From: Fibrobacterales bacterium
Lineage (GTDB): Bacteria; Fibrobacterota; Fibrobacteria; Fibrobacterales; JAOPTW01
NCBI GenBank assembly: GCA_051532055.1
Contig: JAOPTX010000007.1
Span: 1-64,000, forward strand
DNA: 64,000 nt
Direction: 5' to 3'
Shown: in pieces, positions 51,381 to 61,926 of the stretch
How the letters are laid out: each line of letters begins with the position of its first letter
Position numbering within the stretch: the stretch's first letter is position 1
Notes under the pieces: generated by a model
The model's database searches: none
Seen by the model: only the letters and a program-made list of their open reading frames with translations
Told to the model about the DNA's origin: nothing
Made by a program: the position numbers and the translations under genes

Positions 51381-53705
51381 CTAGGGTATAGTTACTGAAT
51401 CCGTTTGTGGCACATCAACATGAATTACGGCACTATCACTAACCGGCCCTTGCACCTGTTGTTCTAGTATTTCTACTGCCTTCAGGGAGTCCTGAATAGC
51501 TTTTAACTGAAGTGTATCAAGTTCCAAGGTATCTTGCCCTCCATATCTATAAAGGTCAATATTCTTTTCAAAATTAACTTTACCATCCCGCTTTTCAAGA
51601 TTATGTAAATCTTTCTTAAGGTCAACGCCAAAGTCTTCAGGATTCTGAATATATGGAGTAATATAGATAACTAACTCAGTTGTCTCTTCCGCCTCTATTT
51701 TATGTGAGAAAAGTGAACCAAGTACAGGAATTGAGCCAAGAAAAGGAAGGTAGTCATTTGAAATTGTCTTCTTAGACTGAATCAATCCACCGAGCATAAT
51801 AGTCTGCTTGTTAAGAAGGGTGACGGTTGTCTCAAGGCTTCTCGTACTGATATCTGGAGTCCCGCTCCCTGACCCACCTGTTGATGTTTTAATCTGTGGA
51901 CTAATATCAAGGGTTATTTGGCCCCCATTAGTAACAAAAGGAGTTATAGAGAGAGTGATACCATCATTAAATGCTTTATAGTCATTATTTACAACACCAG
52001 ACTGTGCGTTCGTCGAAGATACTTCGCGAAAGGTAGTATTGGTTACTTTGATTGACGCTTTATTACCATTCAATGTGGTAATTTTGGGCATAGCGAGTAC
52101 CTTAGCTTTTTGATCATTCTCTTTAGCCATGAGCTCATAATAAAACTTTGAATTTAAGAAGCCGATTCCCAAACTTGCATCTCCAAGATCCTTAAGTGAT
52201 ACTTTATTTTGATTAATTGGATTGTCATCTTTTGCAAAGTCAAGCATACCATAGAGTCCTGGAATACTATCAGATGCTCCTGCACGGGATGGTTTGAGAC
52301 CAAACTCCTCTCCATTACCTCGTTTATATTCAACAATCACACACTCAAGCAGTACTTGAGGAATAGGAACATCAACAATATCAAGATATTTTTTTACACT
52401 CTCAATCTCACTCGTTGTGCCCATTATAAGTATAGCATTGTGTTCTTTAATGATAGTAATGTTGGTTTTAGAGATAGATTTAGGAAGTATCTTCGTCACA
52501 TTTTCAGATTTCAAATGTTTCAGAGGATACATTTCATAAGAAGTAAGAATCTTTCCTGCTGGTGTTTTCGGGTCTTTAGAACCAACAAGTAGGGTGCCGT
52601 ACTCAGTTATTAAATAAGTATATTTTGATCCCTTTAGAAGCATTGAGATTGCTTCAGCCAGTGGAAGCCTTTTGAGGCTGGCATTAATCGACTCTCTAAT
52701 ATTTCCAAAAAAGACAATATTAATGTCTGATTCGGCGGCTATCGTTTTTAGGACATCTGCAAGATCTGCGTTTTCTAGGCTCACTGAAACACTGTCACCA
52801 ACAACATCAATCTCGAGGCGACTCCCTCCTGGGCTCGGAAGGCCCCCATTTGAGTTACGACCTCTCGTTGTCTCTTCCGTACCGCCACTAACAATATAAA
52901 AACCATTCCTCTTACGTACTTTATAGTTATGGGCAGCCATTAGTGCCTTAAACCCTTCAAGGGGAAGTTGGTTTTTCCAGCTCCCTGTAATTTTCCCCTC
53001 TAAATTTTTACCTGCTAGAATATTGAGTCCAGTCTTCTTAGTAAAAGTTTTAATGAATTTTTTAATATCCTGATTTTGCACATCAAGATCCATTTTTTTG
53101 CGCTTCATCTTTAAAAGCTCAATAGTCTCTTCTGTCGCATTTGAAATGCGATAGATTGACCCTTCACGAATCAACTCCAAATTATTTGCCCGGCAAATTG
53201 CCGAAAGCCCCTCTACAACTCCTACATCTTCCAAATGAATAGAAACTTGCACCGAAACATCGTTATCGATTATTATACTATATCCATAAGCAATAGAAAT
53301 AGTTCGTGCAACTTCACGAATATCAGTGTCAACAAAATCAATTGTCATGACATCAACGTCTTCCTGTGCTGGTCCTTTTTTTAACAACGTTGTTGGATCA
53401 GTTTTTGTAAGCCCTCTCGAAATCGATTTATTAACGCGAACACTATTCTGTGGAATAGCCCCTTTTTTGTGCGCTGATGTACTTGGGTATGATGATGGGC
53501 GAACCGAAGAAGATGGTCGTGCTGGTGTTATCGCCACCCCCTTCTGGCTGCGCTTAGCTTGTAAGCGCTGACGATAGAGCTTTTGAACCTCTTGTGGTGA
53601 AAGAGTTTTCAGCTCCTCTTCAGTGAAAAGTTCACGGACGCCCTGAGAAACAGCCAAAGAACAAGCGAGAGCCAAGCAGATTACAACAACCTTAAAATTT
53701 ACCAT
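51381..53705 (-). CDS. Secretin (GspD/PilQ family) with several N domains
   Basis: IDFVDTDIREV, DVPIPQVLLECVIVE, PKITTLNG, GGLI, PFLGSIPVLGSLF, ELVIYITP. Start refined to MVNFK. Confidence 0.93.
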   Translation of the reverse strand: MVNFKVVVICLALACSLAVSQGVRELFTEEELKTLSPQEVQKLYRQRLQAKRSQKGVAITPARPSSSVRPSSYPSTSAHKKGAIPQNSVRVNKSISRGLTKTDPTTLLKKGPAQEDVDVMTIDFVDTDIREVARTISIAYGYSIIIDNDVSVQVSIHLEDVGVVEGLSAICRANNLELIREGSIYRISNATEETIELLKMKRKKMDLDVQNQDIKKFIKTFTKKTGLNILAGKNLEGKITGSWKNQLPLEGFKALMAAHNYKVRKRNGFYIVSGGTEETTRGRNSNGGLPSPGGSRLEIDVVGDSVSVSLENADLADVLKTIAAESDINIVFFGNIRESINASLKRLPLAEAISMLLKGSKYTYLITEYGTLLVGSKDPKTPAGKILTSYEMYPLKHLKSENVTKILPKSISKTNITIIKEHNAILIMGTTSEIESVKKYLDIVDVPIPQVLLECVIVEYKRGNGEEFGLKPSRAGASDSIPGLYGMLDFAKDDNPINQNKVSLKDLGDASLGIGFLNSKFYYELMAKENDQKAKVLAMPKITTLNGNKASIKVTNTTFREVSSTNAQSGVVNNDYKAFNDGITLSITPFVTNGGQITLDISPQIKTSTGGSGSGTPDISTRSLETTVTLLNKQTIMLGGLIQSKKTISNDYLPFLGSIPVLGSLFSHKIEAEETTELVIYITPYIQNPEDFGVDLKKDLHNLEKRDGKVNFEKNIDLYRYGGQDTLELDTLQLKAIQDSLKAVEILEQQVQGPVSDSAVIHVDVPQTDSVTIP

Positions 53706-53834
53706 GTAATACTCATTAGTAGAGAGATGTATTTTCAGTGAAAATGTACCAAAAATACCATCAAATAACACGTAAATGGTTGATTTTCAAGAGGTTATGG
53801 CGATGATTTTACAGCAAATATACAAGAGCCCCCC

Positions 53835-55307
53835 TTAACGGAGAAGGACTCGTTCTATTTCTGAAATAGAGGTAAGGTTTTGTTTTAGTTTACTGAGTCC
53901 ATCTTCTATCATCGAGTCAAAGGAAGCACGTTTTCTAATTTCGACCTCACTAGCCGTTTCTGAAATAATTTCCTTAATCTCTTGATTGATTTCAAGGAGC
54001 TCAAAGACAGCTAATCGACCATTATATCCCGTATGATCACACCGCTCACATCCTACAGCCTGAGGCACCTCAAGAGGGACATTAGGAACGACCGACTTAA
54101 TATAATCAGAGCTCTCAATCATGGAATAACAATGGGGACACAGTTTACGCACCAATCGTTGAGCAAGGACACAAAGCACTGAACTTCCAATTAAAAACGA
54201 AGGGATATTAAGATCAACTAAACGGGTTATTGCCGACATTGCATCATTAGTATGCAGTGTCGAGAGCACTAAGTGACCTGTTTGAGCTGCTTGTACTGCT
54301 ATCTGTGCTGTTTCGGTGTCACGAATTTCACCCAAAAGAATCACGTCAGGATCTTGACGAAGGAGCGATCTAAGCACTGAAGAAAAAGTGAGTCCCGCCT
54401 TTTCATTCACCTGCACCTGATTTGCACCTTTAAGGTGATACTCTATCGGGTCTTCAATAGTCGTAATATTTATCTCTTTATTGATCACATGTTGCAGGCC
54501 AGCAAAAAGAGTTGATGATTTACCAGAACCAGTTGGTCCCGTCACAAATATCATTCCCTGAGGGCGTGTAAAATAGAACTGTAACCGTTTAAGAACATAA
54601 TCAGACATTCCCAAATTTTCGAGCTGTTTGAGAGTATCCATATACTTGAGAATCCTGAGTACTATCTTCTCACCAAATTTGGTAGGAAGAGAACTCACCC
54701 GCATATCAATTTCTTCCCCATGATAGTTCCATTTGATACGCCCATCTTGAGGAAGACGTTTTTCCGAAATATCAAGTTCTGCCAAAATCTTTAAGCGTGA
54801 TACCAGGGCTGCTCTCACCCAGCTAGGAAGCTCCAGACTTTTTCGGAGCATACCATCTTTTCTAAATCGAACGACCACTTCATTTTCAAGTGATTCAATA
54901 TGAATGTCAGTTGCACCCTGCTCAATCCCTTGATTTATAAGGTTATTAGCAAGATTAATTACTGGCTGTGATTGACTATGCTTTTTAATTTCATCAATAT
55001 CACTACTCTCATCATCGAAATTGATCTCTGCCTCATCAAGGTTCTGAAGAAGAGAATCATTTGAGGTACTCTTTGACTTTGAATCAGAGAGGAGTTCATC
55101 AATAGCACTCTCTTCCGTAAGTTTAGGACGTACTATATGACCTGTTTTAAAATAAACTGCAGAAAAAAGAAGCTCATCAAACTCATTTATAACCGCAAGG
55201 TCGATATATGAATCTTCAAACTTAAGAGGATAACATTTATGCTCTCTACAAAACTTTAACCCCAGTGAGGCTACGATACTTTTTTTCTCTTCACTCATAC
55301 ATTCCAA
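53835..55307 (-). CDS. GspE/PilB-family assembly ATPase
   Basis: ATDIHIE, RLPQDGR, GPTGSGKS, TIEDPIE, LRQDPD, TGHLVLSTLHTN, CPHC...CERC. Confidence 0.95.
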   Translation of the reverse strand: MECMSEEKKSIVASLGLKFCREHKCYPLKFEDSYIDLAVINEFDELLFSAVYFKTGHIVRPKLTEESAIDELLSDSKSKSTSNDSLLQNLDEAEINFDDESSDIDEIKKHSQSQPVINLANNLINQGIEQGATDIHIESLENEVVVRFRKDGMLRKSLELPSWVRAALVSRLKILAELDISEKRLPQDGRIKWNYHGEEIDMRVSSLPTKFGEKIVLRILKYMDTLKQLENLGMSDYVLKRLQFYFTRPQGMIFVTGPTGSGKSSTLFAGLQHVINKEINITTIEDPIEYHLKGANQVQVNEKAGLTFSSVLRSLLRQDPDVILLGEIRDTETAQIAVQAAQTGHLVLSTLHTNDAMSAITRLVDLNIPSFLIGSSVLCVLAQRLVRKLCPHCYSMIESSDYIKSVVPNVPLEVPQAVGCERCDHTGYNGRLAVFELLEINQEIKEIISETASEVEIRKRASFDSMIEDGLSKLKQNLTSISEIERVLLR

Positions 55308-55319
55308 AATACAAATTAA

Positions 55320-55931
55320 TTACTCGATATCCAAATCCAGAGCTTCAATATCTATGCGCTCTTGAATTCGGTTACGTATAAAGAAACGGGATTCATACTT
55401 CCTACTTCGAGGACCATACACAAAACGTACAAACATTGTACGCACCTTATTGAGTTCACTCCCTTCAAGAAGACCAGACATATCTTGATCCAACTCATCT
55501 TGGGTTATTAAACCATCCCCGTCAGAATCTAACGCAAAGAGTTCTTCCCCGTCCTGTTCTTCGTCAAGCTGTTTACCCTCTACACCACACGACACCTCTG
55601 AAAGTGCATGGGGAAACAATGCTCTATTATCGGAAAATATCATAGTATCATTCCATGAAAGCTTCCGTTGAAGCCCCATTTTATCTTGATAATAGATACC
55701 CGTTTCATACACTGCAATTAAACCATCCCCATAGGCAATGGTTTGTTCGACACTACCCCATCGACTTTCTATAGCCAAATGATGCTGCCGTGTCTCTCTT
55801 TTACCTCTCGAAACCCCATATGAATTTGTATATAAACTATACGCAAGAGTCAAAACAATAGAGGCTACAACCATAGTCACTATAAGTTCAATTATAGTGA
55901 CACCTCTTTGGAGTGAACAAGTTGTATACAC
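55320..55931 (-). CDS. Minor (pseudo)pilin, PilW/GspJ-like, with EF-hand-like loops
   Basis: RG|VTIIELIV class III signal; DSDGDGLITQDE. Confidence 0.85.
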   Translation of the reverse strand: MYTTCSLQRGVTIIELIVTMVVASIVLTLAYSLYTNSYGVSRGKRETRQHHLAIESRWGSVEQTIAYGDGLIAVYETGIYYQDKMGLQRKLSWNDTMIFSDNRALFPHALSEVSCGVEGKQLDEEQDGEELFALDSDGDGLITQDELDQDMSGLLEGSELNKVRTMFVRFVYGPRSRKYESRFFIRNRIQERIDIEALDLDIE

Positions 55932-56401
55932 TAGTTATCCCTCACCACTTCTATATTCATGAGAAGGCGTAAATCACCTTCTTCGATATACTCTGGATCA
56001 ACATCTTCAAATGCCTCTTCAAAGTCATTCTCTTCTGGCTCATATCGATAGATGCCATACCGTATCTCTTTGGGCCGCTTATAGAGTCGCTCTACATCAT
56101 CTGTTTCCCATATATATAGGTCTGCCATACTATCTAATGCAACCGTATCAATAACTCGTTGCCACAGAACAAGCTTGTGCGTTGTATCTGCAATCCATAA
56201 TGAATCTACAAGAGGAAGCTGTGGATTTGCCAAAATATACTCTACTCTATTATGTAAATGAGAAAAGGCAGCTAACTGTCTGTATGAACGGCTCTCCATC
56301 ACAGCGCTATTAACAAAAATCACATTCACCCCAGCAATACCAATACTGAGAAGGGCAATAGCTACAAGTACTTCGATGAGTGTAAACCCTTTATTCATCA
56401 T
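55931..56401 (-). CDS. Minor (pseudo)pilin, PilV/GspI-like
   Basis: MMNKG|FTLIEVLVAIALL prepilin motif. Confidence 0.9.
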   Translation of the reverse strand: MMNKGFTLIEVLVAIALLSIGIAGVNVIFVNSAVMESRSYRQLAAFSHLHNRVEYILANPQLPLVDSLWIADTTHKLVLWQRVIDTVALDSMADLYIWETDDVERLYKRPKEIRYGIYRYEPEENDFEEAFEDVDPEYIEEGDLRLLMNIEVVRDN

Positions 56402-57872
56402 AGTCCTCTTCATCATCGGAGTCTGCATCTCTGATACTCTCAATATTCACATCGGTATCTTTCATCCACTGTGCCATTACAAATGCACTCTTGTCACCCT
56501 GAAATTTCATATCTATGGGTTGATAAAAGGCCCCAAGAGTAAGTCGATTTATTGTTCCATTTCCAAAACAATGTGGTTGACCATCACAGGCCATACTCTT
56601 TGCAACAACAGAACCAATTACATCTGTTCCATTTTCAACAACCCCTTTGGCAAAAACGACTCCAGTGACTTGTGCGCCTTGACTAAGAAAAACATCACCT
56701 GCAGGCTCAGAAAGGGTCCGCGCATTGGCAGTGCTAATAAGCATGCCATGTACGGTTGCGCCTTCGGTAATATAAAGAGACCCCATACCCTGACCCGCAT
56801 CAACAACAGTACCCGCTGTAATAAGTACAGAGTTATTCACTACCGCAGCACTATCATTCAGTACAATGTCACCCTCAGCCATTACAAGGCCCTGTAAATG
56901 TGTTGAATCATTCAGCTCAATACGTTCTTTAGAGTAGAGAGTAACATTAGAGCCACGAACCCCCTCCGAAACTATAATTGGCCCTGATGCAATCAGTGTT
57001 ATATTTGAAAGGTCAATCATGCCTTCTATTGTTGCACTTCCCTCTACAAAGATATGAGTAACCGTTTTGGGGGCTACAACTCCAGTCTCACCAACATCAA
57101 TGGTGAGGTCACCTTCAGGAATAATGATTTTTTCTAATTCTTCAAAATCTTCTAAATTTGAATAGTTCGAAGGTGAACCAAAAATATCTTCATTATCTCT
57201 CAATGCCTCATTAAACGCCCTTTTATAATACATAAGCTTTGAACCTGCATATCCCTTCACACCCGAGAGAATACGACCAACTTTTGTCGGATTTGCTTTA
57301 TGCTCCTCATCGACATTCTTTCCCAAGCTTGCATAAGCACCTTCGACAGATGACTCTGAATAATCCTGTAGTGCTGTGTCGCCGGTAAGTATCAGGGCAT
57401 GATCAAAATATGAGCTCAACTCATTTCCATAGTGAATTGTAAGAGATACCGACAATCCTTCAAATGTAGCAGTGGTGCTATATCGTAACCACATACCTAC
57501 TGTATCCGATACTACTTCAGGCAATACTTCTTTACTACTCACTAAAATATGATGCATATCAGTGCTAATATTTGCAAGAGAAGTATCAGGTGCATACCCT
57601 TCCGAGCCTACAACAATACTGTCACCATCAAGTGTATCCACAAAGGGCTTTGCCTCGAAGTCGTCATATTTTTGTAGTACAATTGCGTTCTCTGCAATCA
57701 TAAGGGCTTTATACTTACGATACTTTGCATGCCATGGGCTCGCCATAAGAGAGCTTTTTAAAAGGGAGACCGCTAAAATAGTTATGATTGATATTATAAG
57801 AAGTACTGCAGGTATCGCGTTTCCACGCTGGTGCTCTATCGATAGACTCTGACAACGCTGTATCAGGTGCAT
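56391..57872 (-). CDS. PilX/GspK-like large minor pilin with beta-helix-like C-terminal repeats
   Basis: RG|NAIPAVLLII (no Glu5, as in PilX/GspK); repeated V.G.i.a.G motifs. Confidence 0.7.
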   Translation of the reverse strand: MHLIQRCQSLSIEHQRGNAIPAVLLIISIITILAVSLLKSSLMASPWHAKYRKYKALMIAENAIVLQKYDDFEAKPFVDTLDGDSIVVGSEGYAPDTSLANISTDMHHILVSSKEVLPEVVSDTVGMWLRYSTTATFEGLSVSLTIHYGNELSSYFDHALILTGDTALQDYSESSVEGAYASLGKNVDEEHKANPTKVGRILSGVKGYAGSKLMYYKRAFNEALRDNEDIFGSPSNYSNLEDFEELEKIIIPEGDLTIDVGETGVVAPKTVTHIFVEGSATIEGMIDLSNITLIASGPIIVSEGVRGSNVTLYSKERIELNDSTHLQGLVMAEGDIVLNDSAAVVNNSVLITAGTVVDAGQGMGSLYITEGATVHGMLISTANARTLSEPAGDVFLSQGAQVTGVVFAKGVVENGTDVIGSVVAKSMACDGQPHCFGNGTINRLTLGAFYQPIDMKFQGDKSAFVMAQWMKDTDVNIESIRDADSDDEEDYDE

Positions 57873-57874
57873 AG

Positions 57875-58336
57875 TTACTTCAATGAAAGGCTAAAGGTAC
57901 CAGTGGGCCCTTTAAAGGATGCTGTGGTCCCTGCGATACTCTCTAACATTGCACCTTCTAGAGAGTCACCTATCTTTAAAACCGAAACACGACCATCTCG
58001 ATCAGTTACTGTAACAGCTCTCTTTGCAACCATACCTGTGATAGTGTATTCTCTGAGGGCTGAAGGTTTTACAGTTGACGCAACTTTTTTAGCCCGTCCT
58101 TTCTTACGCCCCTTAGTTGCTCCTGTTCCGGTAAATGGGTTGCGATATTTTGCTACTGCTTTTGTATTTTGATTTTTAAGTGATGCCACATAATTTGCCC
58201 AAGTGTTGATATCAACCTTTTTGTAAACCGGTGCAGATGTTTTACCCGTTAGCGCATGTAAATCAGGAAAACTAAGCTTTTTAATAGCTAGGACAAGACA
58301 GACCACAATTATCAGATAACTCAACTTCCTATTCAT
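57875..58336 (-). CDS. PilP/GspC-like assembly protein
   Basis: N-terminal TM, RNPF, ITGMV...A...LKIGD. Confidence 0.65.
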   Translation of the reverse strand: MNRKLSYLIIVVCLVLAIKKLSFPDLHALTGKTSAPVYKKVDINTWANYVASLKNQNTKAVAKYRNPFTGTGATKGRKKGRAKKVASTVKPSALREYTITGMVAKRAVTVTDRDGRVSVLKIGDSLEGAMLESIAGTTASFKGPTGTFSLSLK

Positions 58337-58338
58337 AA

Positions 58339-58875
58339 CTACTTCTTTAAATACTCAATGTGCATTCCAGAGATGGCATACTTCCCTTTCTGCTTTTTTA
58401 TTGAAAACCGAGTAACAACCGAAAGCGGTCGTTTAGTTTCTATCGAATAGAGATACCGTATAAAATATCGATAAGAACCCGTTAATGAAAGAGAAACCAC
58501 ATGGTGATTACTCCCTTCTACGGGTTTACTTTCTTCTTTAACTTTTTGAACGGTGAGCCCTATTTTTTCTGCCAATTTCCGAAATCCCGTTTCAGAATAC
58601 CCTTGAATACCATCACCGACAACCCGGCCATCTAACAATGAATAGGCCTCATCTAATATTACAATCTGGCTATCCAGTACATTTATCTCATTCGTAAACC
58701 ACTCATCCGAAAATGTTTGGGCTGAAAGAGTGGCTATTTCTTTTCTCGTTTGTTCAACCTCTTGTAACATCGGATAGAGAATAAATTGATATGATAGAAG
58801 GAGCAACGCCAGGGGAAAAACTATTTTTGCGAGAAACCACTGCTCTTCGGCCCAGAATGTTTTAAAATCACCCAT
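58339..58875 (-). CDS. PilO/GspM-like assembly protein
   Basis: TM, coiled coil, SLSLTGSY..F..YL..IE motif. Confidence 0.75.
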   Translation of the reverse strand: MGDFKTFWAEEQWFLAKIVFPLALLLLSYQFILYPMLQEVEQTRKEIATLSAQTFSDEWFTNEINVLDSQIVILDEAYSLLDGRVVGDGIQGYSETGFRKLAEKIGLTVQKVKEESKPVEGSNHHVVSLSLTGSYRYFIRYLYSIETKRPLSVVTRFSIKKQKGKYAISGMHIEYLKK

Positions 58876-60152
58876 TACTTGACCTCCAAAATAACTTGAG
58901 CCGAAACAGGCCCTTTAGAGGTCTTCTTTTTACTTCCTATTGCACTTAAAATAAAGATTTCACTTGCAGAAATTTTCTCTTCAAAACTTGTTAACGCATC
59001 CCATGAAGAAACAAACAGTTGAAATTTAATTTCGCGCGCATCACCCCGAGTCATTATTTTTATAGAACGAATTTTTCCTCGCTTCGGTATCATGTGTGAC
59101 AGCGAATTTAAATATCCACTCCATGCAATCGGTTGTTGTACTCTTTTTTTCCGATCATTAATTTTTCCCAGAAGCTCATTTACTCTTGTTTGAGACGAAT
59201 CTAATCGAGAGACTTGCGCTGTATAGACCTCAGACTGTTGTAATAGAACTGCTTTTTCACCATCCAAGTTATTCTGTACAATTATAAGTGAACCACACAG
59301 AATGCCTACAATAAGTACAATGACTTGAATAGCAGATATAAGGGTTATACTATTACGAGAATTGATCGCCGCCCTTTTCTCAGAGTCAGTTTGAATATTC
59401 AATTGACTTGCAAAGTCCGACTGTGCCATTTGAGCCAAACCATCAGTCACCAAGGCTTCTACAGCTTTAGGCGCAGGACGTCGTATTTCAACTTCACTCA
59501 GTGAAACTCCTGGGAGCATATCCTGAAATATGTAACATTTCCAAGGGCCATGACTTTTATGAAATGCATCTTGTTTTAAAAACTGGACTAAGCGGTCAAG
59601 CCTCTGAGAGACATGATCATCAGAAACATAGGGTTCTTTGATAAAATAGGAAAGAGCACCCCCAGTAAAAACAGCTACAAGAAGTGCATTATCAAAAGCA
59701 ATAGCCACAATGCAGTCACTTTCACCATCAGCCATAAATTTTTCACCAATACCCACACTAAAGAGCTCTATGGGTAAACTGACATCTTGAAAGGCAAGAG
59801 GGGCGCCTTTGTGCTCACTTGCATGGACCACTAATATTCGATGATGGGTTCCAGCATTAGAATCGTGTGTTGATACATAATAGGTTCTAAAAAGATCAAA
59901 TGTCTTTTCAGGAAAATTACTTTTCAGATGGCCTTCTATATGATACTCATCCAAAAACTCATTATACGGGGTAATAATTTCACAAATGAGATATTCACAC
60001 CCATGTACTGCTGAAACAACAGATCGATAATGACTTAAAAATGAGTACCCCGCCTTCTCTTTAGCTCGATAAATATGTTTTAACCACCGACTATTCGCCG
60101 GCTCGCTGCACAAAGCATCGCTTACATATATGAGAGTATCTTTTGAAAACAT
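58875..60152 (-). CDS. PilM/PilN (GspL-like) fusion assembly protein
   Basis: Cytoplasmic domain, LNI motif, TM, coiled coil, WSGYLNSLSHMIP; first gene of the cluster. Start refined to MFSKD. Confidence 0.6.
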   Translation of the reverse strand: MFSKDTLIYVSDALCSEPANSRWLKHIYRAKEKAGYSFLSHYRSVVSAVHGCEYLICEIITPYNEFLDEYHIEGHLKSNFPEKTFDLFRTYYVSTHDSNAGTHHRILVVHASEHKGAPLAFQDVSLPIELFSVGIGEKFMADGESDCIVAIAFDNALLVAVFTGGALSYFIKEPYVSDDHVSQRLDRLVQFLKQDAFHKSHGPWKCYIFQDMLPGVSLSEVEIRRPAPKAVEALVTDGLAQMAQSDFASQLNIQTDSEKRAAINSRNSITLISAIQVIVLIVGILCGSLIIVQNNLDGEKAVLLQQSEVYTAQVSRLDSSQTRVNELLGKINDRKKRVQQPIAWSGYLNSLSHMIPKRGKIRSIKIMTRGDAREIKFQLFVSSWDALTSFEEKISASEIFILSAIGSKKKTSKGPVSAQVILEVK

Positions 60153-60312
60153 TTGGTTCCTGAGACAAAAATACAAATAAATGTCGATTTAAGAGTAGAT
60201 TAATGACCACCTTAAATGACTTATTGTGGGATACTCATTTATAATTCAGCCCCCACTATCCAGAGATAATAGTATCTTTTGCTCAATACGCTCAGTGAAG
60301 GCTTACCAATTC

Positions 60313-61302
60313 ATGTTGTTCAAACGAGCATTTTTTAAACCCAAACATAAATCACCACCAGACTTAGTCCATGAAAGCGCTCCAGACTGGTCTGACTTGG
60401 GATATGACGAAACTTTTTATCAAGAACGTCCAAGACGGTTTCTCAATAAAGATGGAAGTTTTAATGTTTTAAAGAAGGGCCGCTCCTTTCTTCAAACCCT
60501 TCACCTCTATCATTCGCTTCTTATGATGAGCTGGACTAAATTCTACATCACAATTTTCTCTGTGTTTGTAGCTATTAACTTTATTTTTGCTATTCTCTTC
60601 TTTATGTGTGGATACCAGGCTATCCATGGAATCGACTATTCAGGGTCGTTTACCGGACTTCGAGACTGTTTCTTTTTTAGTGTTCAAAGCTTTACCACGG
60701 TAGGCTATGGACAACTCTTCCCCGAATCCCTCAGTGCCAACATGCTTGCGACCCTCTCTTCTCTGGTTGGTTTACTCAGTTTCGCCCTTGCAACAGGAAT
60801 ATTCTTTGCCCGATTTTCCCGCCCTGTTACCATGGTCCAATTCAGCACTCATGCTCTGATGTCACCCTATAAAGATCAAAATGCATTTATTTTCCGTTTG
60901 GCAAATGGACGAGCTGAGAGCGAACTCCTCAATGTCCGAATCAAAGTAGTTATGACATGGCTCGAAAATGCAGGAGAACAGACCACTCGGAGATTTAAAA
61001 CCTTAAAATTAGTTCGAAATCAAGTAGCCTTTATGCCAGCCGTTTGGACCATAATACACCCTGTCACTCAAGAGAGTCCACTCACAGGCAAAAGTAAAGA
61101 GCAACTCGAAGCTGCTGATGTTGAATTTCTTATTACCCTCAATGCATTTGATGAAACTTTTTCGCAAACAGTTTATAAGAGATCATCATATAAATGGTAT
61201 GAGTTAATGTGGAATAGTAATTTCACAGACATGATATCAAGTACCCCAAATGGCCTTGTGGAAGTCGATCTAAGTAAAATAGATCAGTGGGAAGCTGCAT
61301 GA
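60313..61302 (+). CDS. Inward-rectifier K+ channel (KirBac)
   Basis: LYHSLLMMSW, FFFSVQSFTTVGYG, FARFSRP, FRLANGR, WTIIHPVTQESPL. Confidence 0.93.
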   Translation: MLFKRAFFKPKHKSPPDLVHESAPDWSDLGYDETFYQERPRRFLNKDGSFNVLKKGRSFLQTLHLYHSLLMMSWTKFYITIFSVFVAINFIFAILFFMCGYQAIHGIDYSGSFTGLRDCFFFSVQSFTTVGYGQLFPESLSANMLATLSSLVGLLSFALATGIFFARFSRPVTMVQFSTHALMSPYKDQNAFIFRLANGRAESELLNVRIKVVMTWLENAGEQTTRRFKTLKLVRNQVAFMPAVWTIIHPVTQESPLTGKSKEQLEAADVEFLITLNAFDETFSQTVYKRSSYKWYELMWNSNFTDMISSTPNGLVEVDLSKIDQWEAA

Positions 61303-61904
61303 TCAAAGCTGTTATTTATGACTGGGGCGGCGTCATTTGCGTCAATCCTGCACCTGAATTTCTCACGGCATGCAGTGCTGCACTTGGCGTAGAGCAAGAA
61401 CACTTGCAGCCACTTCTTACACGATATATTGATCCATTTCAAAAAGGAGAAATCACGGAAAGTGCTCTCTGGGAAATCATCTGTTCTGAACTCAATATCA
61501 GCAACTATGATTGGTCTAAACCTCTGTGGAGGCCGGTTTTTGAAAGTTTTTACACCCCACAGCAAGAAGTGATTAATTCTGCCAAAGTATTGCAATCTTT
61601 CGGGTACAAAATAGGCTTTCTCAGCAATACTGAAGTGCCCGCTATGGAATTACATCTCTCACTCAATTATGATTTTTTTGATGCTCGAGTATTTTCATGT
61701 GTAGAGGGGATTATAAAACCTCAAGGCGCTATCTACTCTTTAATTGCAGAACGGCTAGGCCTCCCCCCTGAGGAGTGCATTATGATTGATGATAAACCAG
61801 AGAATATAGTAGGGGCCGAAGCTGTTGGGATGAGTGGCTTGTTGTTTACCAGTGAGATTCAATATCTCAGGGAAATTGAATCACTTCCGAATCTCACTAA
61901 ATAA
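61299..61904 (+). CDS. HAD-IA hydrolase (YihX-like)
   Basis: YDWGGV, LSNT, KP, IDD..EN; ATGA overlap with Kir gene. Confidence 0.9.
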   Translation: MIKAVIYDWGGVICVNPAPEFLTACSAALGVEQEHLQPLLTRYIDPFQKGEITESALWEIICSELNISNYDWSKPLWRPVFESFYTPQQEVINSAKVLQSFGYKIGFLSNTEVPAMELHLSLNYDFFDARVFSCVEGIIKPQGAIYSLIAERLGLPPEECIMIDDKPENIVGAEAVGMSGLLFTSEIQYLREIESLPNLTK

Positions 61905-61926
61905 TTCATACACCACCTGAAGAGTA

